Below are positions 25,935 to 38,394 of a DNA stretch of 64,000 nucleotides, piece after piece (positions within the stretch are counted from its first letter, which is position 1; each line of letters opens with the position of its first letter). The position numbers and the translations under genes are program-made. The stretch is from Malacoraja senta (taxonomy: Eukaryota). The notes under the pieces were generated by a model. It saw nothing but the letters and a program-made list of their open reading frames with translations, had not been told where the DNA came from and searched no databases. The stretch spans positions 1-64,000 of the forward strand of contig JAXLNO010000628.1 in assembly GCA_038087875.1 (NCBI GenBank), read 5' to 3'.

Positions 25935-26547
25935 TGCAAGTCGAATCGGTAGTAAAGAAAGCATACTCAATGCTAGCATTTATTTCAAGAGGGATGTAAT
26001 GATGAGGTTCTATAGGGTGCTGATAATGCCGCATTTGGAATAATGTGAGCAATTCTGGGCACTATATCTGAGGAAGGATATGCTGGCTATGGAGAGGGCC
26101 CTGAGGAGGTTCAGCTGGTATAAGAATGATCCCAGGAATAAGTAGGTTAACCTATGATGAGCCTTTGTCAACACTGGACCTGTACTCACTGGAGTTTAGA
26201 AGAATGAGGGGGGACCTCATTGAAACATACAGAATAGTGAAAGGCTTGGATAGAGTGGATGTGGAGAGGATGTTTCCACTAGTGGGAGAGTCTAGGTAAA
26301 GAGGTCATAGCCTCAGAATTAAAGGACGTTCTTTTAGGAAGGAGATGAGGAGAAATGTATTTTGTCAGAGGGTGATGAATCTGTGGAAGCGATAGATAGA
26401 TTCTTGATGAGTAAAGGTGTCAGAGGTTATGGGGAGAAGGCAGGAAAATGAGGTTAGGAGGGAGAGATAGATCAGCCATGATTGAATGCCGGAGTAAACT
26501 TGATGGGCCGAATGGCCTAATTCTACTCCTATCACTTATGACCTTAT
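25935..26547 (+). mobile_element. CR1 3' fragment
   Basis: LEFRRMRGDLIETY-like coding remnant and CR1 tail. Confidence 0.85.
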
Positions 26548-26712
26548 AACTGCCAGATATGCCCAGGAAGCTGTCTCTGGCCTGGTCAGAAAGGCCATGT
26601 ACAACCTGAAATAGTATCACCTCGCATTGCATTTACAGGGAATTTGAGCAACACCCCTCACTCTCTTGCTTAATGGACTGTAAACACTCTTGATAAGTAA
26701 CATGAATAAAAA

Positions 26713-27305
26713 GAACACAAAGTGCTGGAGTAACTTATTGGGTCAGGCACCATCACTGGAGAATGTGGATAGGTGACATTTCATGTCAGGTTCCTTCTTC
26801 ATACTGATTATTGGGGTGGGGGGGGGGAGAGAAAGCTGGAAGAGAGTTGGGGTAGGACAAAGCATAGAGAGTGATAGGGGATACAGGTGAGGAGGGTTGG
26901 TTAGCAGATGGTTGGACAAAGGACAGAGATGAAAAGACAAAAAGTGTGATAGACAAGGATAGAAGAAGTGAGAATTGTGAAAACAGAGAATTAATGCAGA
27001 TGGAAGGAGAAGGGGGAAGGGGAGAAATAAGTGTAAATCCAAGTGGGGCACAGGGAAGAGAGGGGAAAGGAAAATAAAAAAATGAGAAGAGTTGTTTGTT
27101 GATTTGTTACCCCAAATTGGAGAATTCCATGTTCATACCATTAAGTTGTAGGCTACCCAAGCAGAACATGAAGCGTTATTCTTCCAGTTTGTGTGTGGCC
27201 TCACTCTGGCAATGGAGGAAGCCCAGGACAGAAAGGTCAGTATGGGAATGGGAGCTAAAATGGTCAGCAACTGGGAGATCCAGCAGGCTTTAGCACCGAG
27301 CACGA
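26713..27305 (-). mobile_element. Older Penelope element 3' end (GIY-YIG C-terminus, pyrimidine-rich UTR, terminal repeat)
   Basis: Minus strand reads LPVADHFSSHSHTDLSVLGFLHCQSE...KLEE*RFMFCLGSLQLNGMNMEFSN, homologous to 36810-36982. Confidence 0.85.
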
Positions 27306-27329
27306 GAATAACGAATGCTTGTGAATACA

Positions 27330-27590
27330 TTCAGGTATAGGAGTCTGAAAACCGAGACCACCAGGATTGTGAACACCACACTAACTGGTAAACGATGGAC
27401 TCTCTTTCGCTGCACAAAGGAATCCGGGTTTATTTTTTTGCATTGGCATTGAGATTTTAATTTTATGAATGAATGTTTATTAATATTATCTATGTGTATT
27501 GTGTTACAGGCCTGCTTTCCTGCTGCAAGTGAGAATGTCATTGTTCTATTTGTCAGTCCATATGACAATTAAACTCTCTTGATTCTTGAT
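27330..27590 (+). mobile_element. Rex1/Babar 3' fragment
   Basis: GGTATAGGAGTCTGAAAACC... and CATATGACAATTAAACTCTCTTGATTCTTGA tail. Confidence 0.65.
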
Positions 27591-28472
27591 TTAGTTACTA
27601 AAAATCTAATTCAATAGGCTTAAGTAAATACTAATTCAGGAAACAGTTAATGGCATGAAATGTAAGTATCCTGTGTCATTCCAGTTAAGTGAACAGAGTT
27701 GCCGACACTATGCCTGGCCTAACTTCTGTTTTTTCAGGAAAATTCAGGTTCATTATTGCAATATTTATGTAGTGTGATATTTATTATAGTTTAGTATTAT
27801 TGTCACCTTGCATTTATACTCGGCTGAAAAGACCACAGATTGTTTTAAACTGTTTAAAGGAAGGAATGGTCTTCCTTAGAGAAGAAGCTGCATTCTTTCC
27901 AGACAATCTGTAGAAAGGTCAGAGACGACTATTCAGTTAAACAAGCCTCTTGATGGTTTATATGCACAAAAGGATATTTTAAGCATTAAAATGACTGATC
28001 ACATCTACAGGTAGATGTGATTCAAATGAGAAAAAAAGCCATCACGCCTGTGCCCCTGTCCAGAAAATAATGATTTCCATATGCTAGTTATTGAAAGCAA
28101 GCCAACACTTTGCATCCAGATTTCAAGCCTGTGGCATATTTGCTGTCTATTCCTTCCTTCACAGGACATTGTCAAAAGGTTTGACACACACCAGTTAATA
28201 GATCAGATAATTGCTGCTCTAACTTAAGTCAACAGGAAAACTGGCATGAAAAATTGATGATGTTGTCATCCATCCCCGAAGTACAAATACCACTGACATC
28301 CAGAATACATCAAAGCTTCAATGTCATGCCTCTGATGACATAAGTTCATCTATTTACATAATATTTAATTCAAACATTAATCAAATATTCAGGCACCAGG
28401 GACTGTGCAGAAATAATGGTTTTCATATCTCCATAATACAGTTATAGGGTGAATTAACAATGTGATATTAAT

Positions 28473-28670
28473 AGAAACATAGAACTATAGAAACATAGAA
28501 CATAGGTGCAGGAGGAGGCCATTTGGCCCTTCGAGCCAGCACAACCATTCATTGTGATCATGGCTGATCATCCACAATCAGTAACCAGTGCCTGCCTTCT
28601 CCCCATATCCTTTGATTCCGCTAGCCCCTAGAGCTCTATCTAACTCTCTTTTAAATTCATCCAGTGAATG
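28473..28670 (-). mobile_element. CR1 3' end
   Basis: (CATAGAAA)n tail followed by GGTGCAGGAGGAGGCCATT. Confidence 0.8.
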
Positions 28671-29104
28671 TGCCCAAGCTGACTCTACTCAGATGAAAAT
28701 CGTTCTCTGTCTATAGTACAGTAATCAAGGTATTCATCTTTCTTCAGTCGGCAGATTATTACCTTGAACGACTTGTTTAAAAAATGCAGTGTGGTGCTTA
28801 AATATTCTGAATTCATCTTAAATTCCAGATTATTGTGGAATGCAGTTATTTTAGTTCTTTGAAAATGCTTATACTGCTTTATTCATCATATTAAAATATT
28901 ACTTTAATTTAACAAAAGCAACTGGATCAATAAATCAATGCTTTGTATTGAAGATACCTCCAATTTTCAGGACCGCAATCCCATATTGTGAAAATTATAT
29001 CTGTTCAATACTAATATTTCTCTTTGACCTCTTTTAGATCAGCCTTATTGAATTAGATCTTGCTGAATAAGATTCTACTGTTCAGAAATGCCATCCACAC
29101 TTCC

Positions 29105-29380
29105 ACAAGTTCACAAGTCATAGGAGTAGAATTAGGCCATTCGGCCCATCGAGTCAACTCCTCCATTCAATCATGGCTGATCTCTGCCTCCTAATCCCAT
29201 TTTCCTGCCTTCCCATAACCCTTGACACCCTTCTAATAAAGAATTTGTCTATCTCTGCCTTAAAAATATCCACTGACTTGGCCTCCTCTATAATTCTGAG
29301 GTTATGACCTCTGGTCCAAGACTCTCCCACCAGTGGAAACATCCATTCTACATCTACTATAGCTATGCCTTTCATTATTC
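29105..29380 (-). mobile_element. CR1 3' fragment
   Basis: MFPLVGESWTRGHNLRI remnant. Confidence 0.8.
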
Positions 29381-30995
29381 TGTGCCTTTCTCCTTGGTGG
29401 CGTGGATGTATTGGTGTAATTCCATCAAGGTGCTGGACAGGTAGAGATGTGTTAAAGGCCAGTAAGTCCCAAACAGTGGTGGGTTAAGGTCCTGTCCCTA
29501 ACCCTCTCCACCGCACAATAAGGGCTCAGGGCAGGGGTGAGAGAGGGGTTTGTGGGGCGGGGATTGTGGGGAGGGGAGGGGGAGGTGATGGTTTCCTGTC
29601 GTGAAAGAGTTGAATAGTTTTTAAATATCTCTGATATCATTGAAATTTTAAAGCCATTCAATTTTATGTCAATAATTCAGAAAATAAATGCTTCATTACA
29701 TAAAATCACTCGCTAAACCTGCAAGGTGTTAAATTAAACTAAAATTTAAAACACGATGTTTGATGAACTCCTTATCTCCCTTATCTTGTTCCACGTTTCA
29801 CTTTCAATACTTATCAAAATCCAGCATCTAAGCCTCCTGCGTCTCCAATTCTCACTGTCCAGCCTTTGTTTCTCCCTCCACCCACACGGTTCAATCTATT
29901 CTCTCCTTATTTGCCTCTACCGACCACTCATCCGCTGCTGCCTCCCAGCTCCACCCCTTCCTCTCCCCTGCCTGGCTTTGTCGGCGGCAAAACGTGACGA
30001 CACTTGGGTCCGAGTCCCTCTTTGCAGCATCAGTTTCCTCCATCCAGACTCACCATGTTCCTCTCTAAGAATCAAGGCATTCTTTCTTTTTCTTCTGCAC
30101 CCTCTCTTTGGTCAATGTCAACTATTATGTATGTTGCTTGTTGGCTGGCTGCTGTGGGGACACTTCAGACTGAAGCCCCAATCTCTAGCTGCACTGCTAA
30201 CCACTGACACCCGAATGAAGATTACAATGCAATTGTCTGGAACAATAATGATTGCAACATCAGGAAAAGCTTGTCACCACAGTTCTGATAATGAACCATT
30301 ATCACAATGGTGACATAGATACATAGATACATAGAAAATAGGTGCAGGAGTAGGCCATTCGGCCCTTCGAGCCTGCACCGCCATTCAATATGATCATGGC
30401 TGATCATCCAACTCAGTATCCCGTACCTGCCTTCTCTCCATACCCCCTGATCCCTTTAGCCACAAGGGCCACATTTAACTCCCTCTTAAATATAGCCAAT
30501 GAACTGGCCTTAACTACCCTCTGTGGCAGAGAGTTCCAGAGATTCACCACTCTCTGTGTGAAAAAGTTTTTCCTCATCTCGGTCTTAAAGGATTTCCCCC
30601 TTATCCTTAAGCTGTGACCCCTTGTCCTGGACTTCCCCAACATCGGGAACAATCTTCCTGCATAGAAACATAGAAACATAGAAAGTAGGTGCGAGAGTAG
30701 ACCACCAGGCCCATCGAGCCCGCACCGCCATTCGCTCATGGCTGAACACTAAACAGACACCCTTACCCACAAACAGTAGACACAAGACACAGAACACAAG
30801 ACACTACCCTCCCCTTTATATCGCTATCACCCCTCTCCACCCCAAGAACCGCGTGATCTCCTGGGGGAGGCAAAAAACCGGATAAAAACCCAGGTCCAAT
30901 TCGGGAAAAAAATCCGGGAAATTCCTCTCCGACCCCAATCCAGGCGATCGACACTTGTCCAGGAGATCACTCAGGTCTTACTATACTAACCATAC

Positions 30996-33890
30996 CTAGG
31001 TCCATATCCCTGCCCTCTCCCCGTAGCCCCTTATCCCCTTGGCAGCTAAAAACCCATCTATTTTAGACTTAAATATATTTAATGTTTCTGCTTCCACTGC
31101 TCCCTGGGGCAGTGAATTCCATAAATTAACCACCCTCTGGGTGAAGAAGTTCTTCCTCATCTCAGTTTTAAAAGAGCCCCCTCTTATTCTACAACTATGT
31201 CCCCTAGTTCTAGTTTCCCCGATCATTGGGAACATCCTCGGTGCATCCACCCGATCAAGGCCCCTCACGATCTTATATGTTTCAATGAGATCGCCTCTCA
31301 TTCTTCTAAACTCCAAAGAGTAGAGTTCCAGCCTACTTAACCTTTCCTCATATGTCAATCCCCTCATTGCAGGAATTAATCTTGTAAACCTTCGCTGCAC
31401 TGCCTCCAGGGCCAGTACATCCTTTCTTAAGTATGGACCCCAGAACTGTACACAGTATTCCAAATGTGGTCTCACTAATACTGTGTACAGCTGCAGCAAG
31501 ACCTCCGTGTTTTTATACTCAATCCCCCTAGCAATAAAGGCCAAAACTCCATTGGCCTTCCTGATTGCTTGCTGCACCTGCATACTAACTTTTAGTGATT
31601 CATGTACTACTACCCCTAGATCCCTTTGCGTTGCATTACAACGCAGCTCCACCTCATTTAGAAAATAACTTGCCCTATCATTTTTTTTCCCAAAGTGAAT
31701 GACTTCACATTTATTAGTATTAAATTTCATCTGCCAAGTTGTTGCCCACTCACCTAGCTTATCTATATCCTTTTGCAGACTCTTCCTATCCTCCTCATCC
31801 CCTACTTTTCCTCCCATTTTTGTATCGTCCGCAAATTTTGATATATTACACTTGGTTCCCTCCTCCAAATCATTTATATAAATTGTGAACAACTGGGGTC
31901 CCAGCACCGACCCTTGCGGAACCCCGCTAGTTACCGGTTGCCATCCCGAGTATGAACCATTTATCCCCACTCTCTGCTTCCTATTTGTTAGCCAATCCTC
32001 TACCCATGCTAATATATTACCCCCAATCCCATAATTTTTTATTTTTAGCAATAGTCTCTTATGTGGCACCTTGTCAAAAGCCTTTTGGAAGTCCAAGTAT
32101 ACCACATCCACCGGTTCCCCTTTATCCACCCGGGTTGTTACTTCCTCAAAGAATTCGAGCAGATTCGTTAAACAGGACTTCCCCTTCACAAAACCATGCT
32201 GGTTCTGTCCGATGAAGTCATGTTTATCCAAGTGCCCCGTTAGTGTTTCTTTAATAATTGTCTCTAACATTTTACCCACCACCGATGTTAGACTAACCGG
32301 TCTATAGTTACCCGCCTTCTGTTTACTTCCTTTTTTAAATATAGGTGTTACATTGGCCATTTTCCAATCCACTGGGACCGTTCCTGCCTCCAGGGAGTTT
32401 TGGAAAATTATCACCAATGCATCCACAATCCCCACCGCTATCTCCCTCAAGACCCTTGGATGTAATCCATCAGGCCCAGGGGATTTATCCTCCTTCAGTC
32501 TCATTAATTTCCCTAATACCACCTCCTTGGTGATCTTAATAGTATTTAGCTCCTCCATTCCTACCGCCCCCTGTTTATCCAGCGTTGGAATATTTTTTGT
32601 GTCTTCTATGGTGAAGACTGATACAAAATACTCGTTTAATGCCTTTGCCATTTCCATGTTCCCCACCAACAACTCTCCAGTCTCACCCTCCAATGGACCA
32701 ACGTTCACCTTAGCCACCCTTTTTCTTTTTATATAGCTATAAAAACTCTTACTATTAGTTTTTATGTTGTTCGCTAAATTCCTTTCATAGTCTATTTTCC
32801 CCGTCTTAATTAATCTCTTAGTTATTTTTTGCTGACCTTTAAATGCTTCCCAATCCTCTACCCTCCCACTATCTCTAGCTACCTTATATGCCCTTGCCTT
32901 CAGCTGAATACTATCCTTTATAGTTTTACTGAGCCATGGCTGACTGTTCTTTCCCTTACCCCTTTTTTTCTTCATAGGAATAAATTTTTCTTGAAGGTTA
33001 TACAGTAGATCCTTAAACGTACACCACTGCTCATGTACCGTCTTATTCTTGAGTCTGCTATCCCAGTCAACTTTGATCAGCTCAGTCCTCATACCTTCAT
33101 AATCCCCTTTATTTAGACTAAGTACCCTAGCCTGAGTTTCAACCTGCTCTCCTTCTATTTGAATATGGAATTCGACCATATTGTGGTCACTTGTTCCCAA
33201 CGAGTCCCTAACTATGACATTTTTAATTAATCCTGCTTCATTACACAGGACCAGATCCAAGATTGCCTCCCTCCTTGTCGGTTCTGTGACATACTGTTCT
33301 AGGAACCCGTCTCTAATACATTCTATAAACTCTTCCTCTAGTCTACCCTGCCCAGTTTGGTTTGCCCAATTAATATGAAAATTGAAGTCCCCCATGATTA
33401 CAGCAGTTCCCTTTTTACATGCGTCAACTATTTGCAGATTTATGTTCTGACTAACAGCGTCACAGCTATTTGGAGGTCTATAAATTACACCCACTAGTGT
33501 TTTTTTCCCCTTGTTATTCTCTATCTGTACCCAAGCTGTTTCACTATCCTGATCCTTCAACGCAATATCCTTCCTCTCTATTGCCGTTATTCCCTCCCTT
33601 ATTAAAAGGGCCACCCCTCCTCCCTTTCTTTCCTGTCTATCTTTTCTAATTGTCGAGTACCCCTCTATATTTAACTCCCAATCCTGATCCCCTTGCAGCC
33701 ATGTCTCCGTAATGGCCACGATATCATAACTATATGTACTTAATTGCACCGTTAATTCATTTATCTTATTTCGAATACTCCGTGCATTTAGATACAGCAC
33801 TTTCAGATGATTTTTACTACCCTTCCTTTCTGTTTTTGCCCCTTTTACATCTAGAGCTTCATCTTCACACATTCTGGATCCTCCTGTCAC
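30996..33890 (-). CDS. CR1 ORF2: AP-endonuclease + reverse transcriptase, 964 aa, uninterrupted
   Basis: YLNARS, ITETW, YRPPN, MGDFN, LDLVL, SDH, NYRPVSLTSVVGK, LDFQKAFD, PQGSVLGP, FADD. Confidence 0.95.
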   Translation of the reverse strand: MTGGSRMCEDEALDVKGAKTERKGSKNHLKVLYLNARSIRNKINELTVQLSTYSYDIVAITETWLQGDQDWELNIEGYSTIRKDRQERKGGGVALLIREGITAIERKDIALKDQDSETAWVQIENNKGKKTLVGVIYRPPNSCDAVSQNINLQIVDACKKGTAVIMGDFNFHINWANQTGQGRLEEEFIECIRDGFLEQYVTEPTRREAILDLVLCNEAGLIKNVIVRDSLGTSDHNMVEFHIQIEGEQVETQARVLSLNKGDYEGMRTELIKVDWDSRLKNKTVHEQWCTFKDLLYNLQEKFIPMKKKRGKGKNSQPWLSKTIKDSIQLKARAYKVARDSGRVEDWEAFKGQQKITKRLIKTGKIDYERNLANNIKTNSKSFYSYIKRKRVAKVNVGPLEGETGELLVGNMEMAKALNEYFVSVFTIEDTKNIPTLDKQGAVGMEELNTIKITKEVVLGKLMRLKEDKSPGPDGLHPRVLREIAVGIVDALVIIFQNSLEAGTVPVDWKMANVTPIFKKGSKQKAGNYRPVSLTSVVGKMLETIIKETLTGHLDKHDFIGQNQHGFVKGKSCLTNLLEFFEEVTTRVDKGEPVDVVYLDFQKAFDKVPHKRLLLKIKNYGIGGNILAWVEDWLTNRKQRVGINGSYSGWQPVTSGVPQGSVLGPQLFTIYINDLEEGTKCNISKFADDTKMGGKVGDEEDRKSLQKDIDKLGEWATTWQMKFNTNKCEVIHFGKKNDRASYFLNEVELRCNATQRDLGVVVHESLKVSMQVQQAIRKANGVLAFIARGIEYKNTEVLLQLYTVLVRPHLEYCVQFWGPYLRKDVLALEAVQRRFTRLIPAMRGLTYEERLSRLELYSLEFRRMRGDLIETYKIVRGLDRVDAPRMFPMIGETRTRGHSCRIRGGSFKTEMRKNFFTQRVVNLWNSLPQGAVEAETLNIFKSKIDGFLAAKGIRGYGERAGIWT

Positions 33891-33979
33891 ATTTTGATTT
33901 TCCGTTTCCCCACTAATACCCTGCTCTATTTCCTCTACCCCTGCCGTTATTACCCCCCTTGATACCTCCCCCCCGCTAC

Positions 33980-34345
33980 TTAGTTTAAAGACCTCTCTAC
34001 TGCCCTAGTTATATGATTTGCCAGGACCCCAGTCCCAGCACCGTTCAGGTGAAGTCCGTCCTTACAGAACAGATCCCCCCTGTCCCAGTACTGGTGCCAG
34101 TGGCCCAAGAAACCAAACCCATTTTTCCCACACCAGTCTTTGAGCCACGCATTCAGCTTTTTAATTTTTCGTACCCTCGCCGATTTGGCCCGTGGCTCAG
34201 GTAGCAATCCGGAGATCAGTACCCTCGAGGTTCTGCTTTTTAATTTATTCCCTAACTGCTCAAACTCGTTCAGCAGATCCTCCTTCCTCGTCCTTCCTAT
34301 GTCATTGGTCCCCACATGGACCACGACCACTGGATCCTCCCCCTC
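33980..34345 (-). pseudogene. CR1 ORF1 C-terminal part with SGNH/GDSL esterase-like domain
   Basis: VVVHVGTND and DGLHLN motifs, typical of CR1 ORF1 esterase. Confidence 0.85.
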
Positions 34346-35211
34346 ACTCTGCATCTAGCCTGTCCAACCCCATAAGAATTTTGTACGTTTCTATAAGATC
34401 CCCTCTCAATCTCCTAAATTCTAGCGCGTATAAGCCAAGTCTATCCAGTCTTTCTTCATATGAAAGTCCTGACATCCCAGGAATCAGTCTGGTGAACCTT
34501 CCCTCTATGGCTATAATCTCCTTCCTCAGATTTGGAGACCAAAACTGGACGCAATACTCCAGGTGTGGTCTCACCAAGACCCTGTACAACTGCAGTAGAA
34601 CCTCCCTGCTCCTATACTCAAATCCTCTTGCTATGAAGGCCAACATACCATTCGCTTTCTTCACTGCCTGCTGCACCTGCATGCCTACTTTCAATGACTG
34701 GTGTACCAAGACACCCAGGTCTCGCTGCATCTCCCCATTTCCTAATCGGCCACCATTTAGATAATAGTCTGCCTTCCCGTTTTTGCTACCAAAGTGGATA
34801 ACCTCACATTTATCCACATTATACTGCATCTGCCAAACATTTGCCCACTCACCCAGCCTATCCAAGTCACCTTGCAGTCTCCTAGCATCCTCCTCACAGC
34901 TAACACTGCCCCCCAGCTTAGTGTCATCCGCAAACTTGGAGATGTTGCTTTCAATTCCCTCGTCCAGATCATTAATATAAATTGTAAATAGCTGGGGTCC
35001 CAGCACTGAGCCTTGCGGTACCCCACTAGTCACTGCCTGCCATTGTGAAAAGGACCCGTGACCTGATACTATACTGCCCATTGTGCCATAAAATTATTTT
35101 TTAGCACCCCAAAACGTGAGCAAAGCAACTTCTTGGCATTGGTTCATAGCAAAATAAAACAATCATTGTGTTTTATGTATCTAAAACTTGATTCACTCAG
35201 TCTCAAAAGAC

Positions 35212-35315
35212 AGTCAATGAAGAAGGGTGTCGACCCAAAACGTCACCCATTCCTTCTCTCCAGAGATGCTGCCCGTCCCGCTGAGTTACACCAGCATTTT
35301 GTGTCTATCTTCAGT
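35212..35315 (+). mobile_element. Penelope-terminus short element
   Basis: TGAAGAAGGGTGTCGACCCAAAACGTCACCC followed by the family body. Confidence 0.85.
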
Positions 35316-35423
35316 CCAACCAGGTTATTGAGTCCAACATTTGATGTTCCATGCTTCCATTAATAATAATTCCAACAATCTTCACACAAGGAAAAGACAG
35401 ACTAAATACCTTTCAAAACCCTG

Positions 35424-35518
35424 TAGGTAGACAAAAAGCTGAGAAACTCAGCGGGTGAGGCAGCATCTATGGAGCGAAGGAATGGGTGATGTTTCGGGTC
35501 GAGACCCTTCTTCAGACA
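35424..35518 (-). mobile_element. Inverted Penelope terminal repeat upstream of the coding element
   Basis: Shares the diagnostic ATCTATGGAGCGAAGGAA and GAGAAACTCAGC with 37130-37180. Confidence 0.85.
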
Positions 35519-35728
35519 GTTTTTTCAAAACACTTAACATGAACTACTTTGAATCTGCTTGCCTTTGACCAAAGTAAATTTAGTGTTAAGAATTAACATA
35601 CTTAGTTCAAAATTGCACAGCTTCCATCCTCAATTCTGTCATTCATTCCATCCTAATTTTTTTTCTGTCAGATAATAGACAATAGGCAATAGACAATGGA
35701 CAATAGACATAAGCTTCTTAATTTTAGT

Positions 35729-37192
35729 TCTCCGCCTAGCGGAGCTGGTACTTACACTTAATAACTTTTCTTTTGACTCCTCCCATTTCCTCCAAATACA
35801 AGGCGTAGCTATGGGCACACGCATGGGCCCCAGCTACGCCTGCCTCTTTGTCGGGTACGTAGAACAATCCCTGTTCAATGCGTACCAGGGCCCCATCCCC
35901 GACCTCTACCTCCGCTACATCGATGATTGTTTTGGTGCCACATCCTGCACCCACACACAACTGACTGACTTCATCCGCTTCACCACCAACTTCCATCCGG
36001 CACTCAAATACACCTGGACCATTTCCGACACTTCCCTACCATTCCTTGACCTCACTATCTCCATCGCAGGTGATAGACTCCTTACCGACATCCACTACAA
36101 ACCTACCGACTCCCCATGGCTATCTGGACTACACTTCTTCCCACCCTGCTTCCTGTAAGGACTCCATCCCCCACTCCCAATTCCTCCGTCTACGCCGCAT
36201 CTGCTCCCAGGATGAGGGCGTTCCACACCAGGGCATCTGAAATGTCCTCATTCTTCAGGGAACGGGGGTTCCCCTCCTCCACCATAGATGAGGCTCGCAC
36301 CAGGGTCTCTGCCATACCCCGCAACACTGCTCTCTCTCCCCCATCCCCCCACTCACAACAAAGGCAGAGTCCCCCTAGTCCTCACCTTTCACCCCACCAG
36401 CCGTCACATACAACAAGTGATCCTCCGTCAGTTTCGCCACCTCCAACGTGACCCCACCACTCGCCACATCTTCCCATCTCCCCCTATGTCTGCCTTCCGC
36501 AAAGACCGCTCCCTCCGTAACTCCCTTGTCAATTCTTCCCTTCCCTCCCATACCACCCCCTCCCCTGGTACTTTCCCTTGCAACCGCAAGAGATGCAACA
36601 CTTGTCCCTTCACTTCCCCCTCCACTCCATTCCAGGACCCAAGCAGTCGTTCCAGGTGCGACAGAGGTTCACCTGCATCTCCTCCAACCTCATCTATTGC
36701 ATTCGCTGCTCTAGATGCCAGCTGATCTACATCGGTGAGACCAAGCGGAGGCTTGGCGATCGTTTCGCCGAACACCTCCGGTCGGTCCGCAATAACCAAC
36801 CTGAACTCCCGGTGGCTCAGCACTTCAACTCCCCCTCCCATTCCGTATCTGACCTCTCTGTCCTGGGTCTCCTCCATGGCCACAGCGAGCAACACTGTAA
36901 ATTGGAGGAAATGCACCTCATATTCCGCTTGGGCAGTCTACATCCTGGTGGCCTGAATGTTGAATTCTCCCAATTCTGCTAGCCCTGGCTGTCCCCTCCC
37001 CTTCATCAGCCATCTGGTTGTCTCCTCCCCTCCCCCAGCCCTCGGGCTCCTCCTCCTCCTTTTCCTTTTTCCTTTCTTCTCCCCCACCCCCTATCAGTCT
37101 GAAGAAGGGTTTCGGCCCGAAACGTTACCTATTTCCTTCGCTCCATAGATGCTGCTGCACCCGCTGAGTTTCTCCAGCATTTTTGTGTACCT
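35729..37192 (+). mobile_element. Penelope-like element (probably Neptune clade), 5'-truncated RT + GIY-YIG endonuclease with frameshifts
   Basis: GVAMGTRMGPSYA, YLRYIDD, LPFLD, Cys-rich linker CNRKRCNTC, LIYCIRCSRCQLIYIGETKRRLGDRFAEH, GLN; followed by a pyrimidine-rich UTR and terminal repeat. Confidence 0.93.
37099..37126 (+). ncRNA. Hammerhead ribozyme-like motif in the Penelope 3' terminus
   Basis: CTGAAGA-A-GGGT(TTCG)GCCC-GAAA-C-GTT. Confidence 0.65.
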
Positions 37193-37492
37193 TTAATTTT
37201 AGTTTAGCTTAGTTTAGTGTGGAAACAGGCCCTTTGGCCCACCGGGTCCGCGCCAACCAGTGATCCCCATTACACTAACATTATCCTACACACTAGGTAC
37301 TATTTACAATTTTTACCAAAGCCAATTAACCTGCAAACATGTATGTCTTTGGAAGAGAACCGAAGCAACCAGAGAAAATCTACGTGGTCACAGAGAGAAT
37401 GTACAAACTTCATACAGACAGCACCTCCGGCAGAATCGAACCCGCGTCACTGGCGCTGTAAGGCTGCAGCTCTACCGCTGCGGCACCATGCC
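37193..37492 (-). mobile_element. HE1-type V-SINE
   Basis: Reverse consensus. Confidence 0.85.
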
Positions 37493-38394
37493 AATGTTGA
37501 TAATAATAATGGTGCATCATAAAAACTCTTTGTTGGAAGAGAAACTAAGAAACTATGAGAAGGCACTCAAGAAGGAGATAAATGTAGCAGATTTAAGAAT
37601 ATTAATGTATATATAATCTAACAATTTATTAACATTTAGGATGGATTTGGGATGCTTTGTGCAGTGTTGTGTAATTAGCTTTTGGAATCATTAACAGCTA
37701 CCTGAGAGGGATGAGATTTATTTTGGAGTCCTGTGGCCTGAAATTAAGCATCTGCACAGTACCATGCATAACTGTTCATTAGTGAACAGATGGAGTTCCC
37801 TCAGGGCAAAAGCAGCTCAGTCACGTCGTTATTTAAAAGAAGTCACAATTTCAAGGATAGCTTACTTAAACAATGCTTATTTTCAATGAAAATCTGTAAA
37901 TGAAATCCTTGCACTATGAAACTATTCAGCACTAACTCAAGAGTTATGAGAATATAATATCTACTGCATGCAGCAGCTTCCACCTGGGAACTCATAAATT
38001 CATTAGTGAAAATAATTCTTTATTGCAAATCCTGAATGCAAACCATATATTTTTTCTAATATACCCATGTGCTGCAGCTCCATAAGATTCACTTGAGCTA
38101 CAAGCTTGTAATCAGGCAGTGTTTGTAATGGATGGGATTTTGGTAGGAAGGTCTTTTGGGAGTTAGAAAAGGTGCTCTGGTTGCACAAGGTCCGGTTCAC
38201 CTTGAGGAATTAGCTAAAGAATGGAATAGGTGGTGTGAGTATGAATTGGTGGTATGGTCCAAAGTCATGGAAGTGATGAGTTAGGAGTGAGTCAACAAGC
38301 TTCAAAGTTCCAAAATGGTCAAGGAGGGACACCATGGTCAAAGACGGAAAGAATAGTCCAACTGGTCTGAAGATGTGCAAAAGGTGAAAAGTTA

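Larger units (their letters stand above)
30664..34348 (-). mobile_element. Young CR1 LINE, 5'-truncated within ORF1
   Basis: ORF1 remnant, intact ORF2, ~330-bp 3' UTR and (TTTCTATG)n tail. Confidence 0.95.
30314..35060 (-). mobile_element. Host CR1 element (30314-30663 + 34349-35060) split by a younger CR1
   Basis: The halves rejoin as AATCTTCCTGCAT|CTAGCCTGTCC; RT motifs GVPQGSVLGP and KFADD in ORF 34344..35081. Confidence 0.9.

Noticed and set aside
31039..33916. Plus-strand short ORFs
   Set aside because: Antisense shadows of CR1 ORF2.
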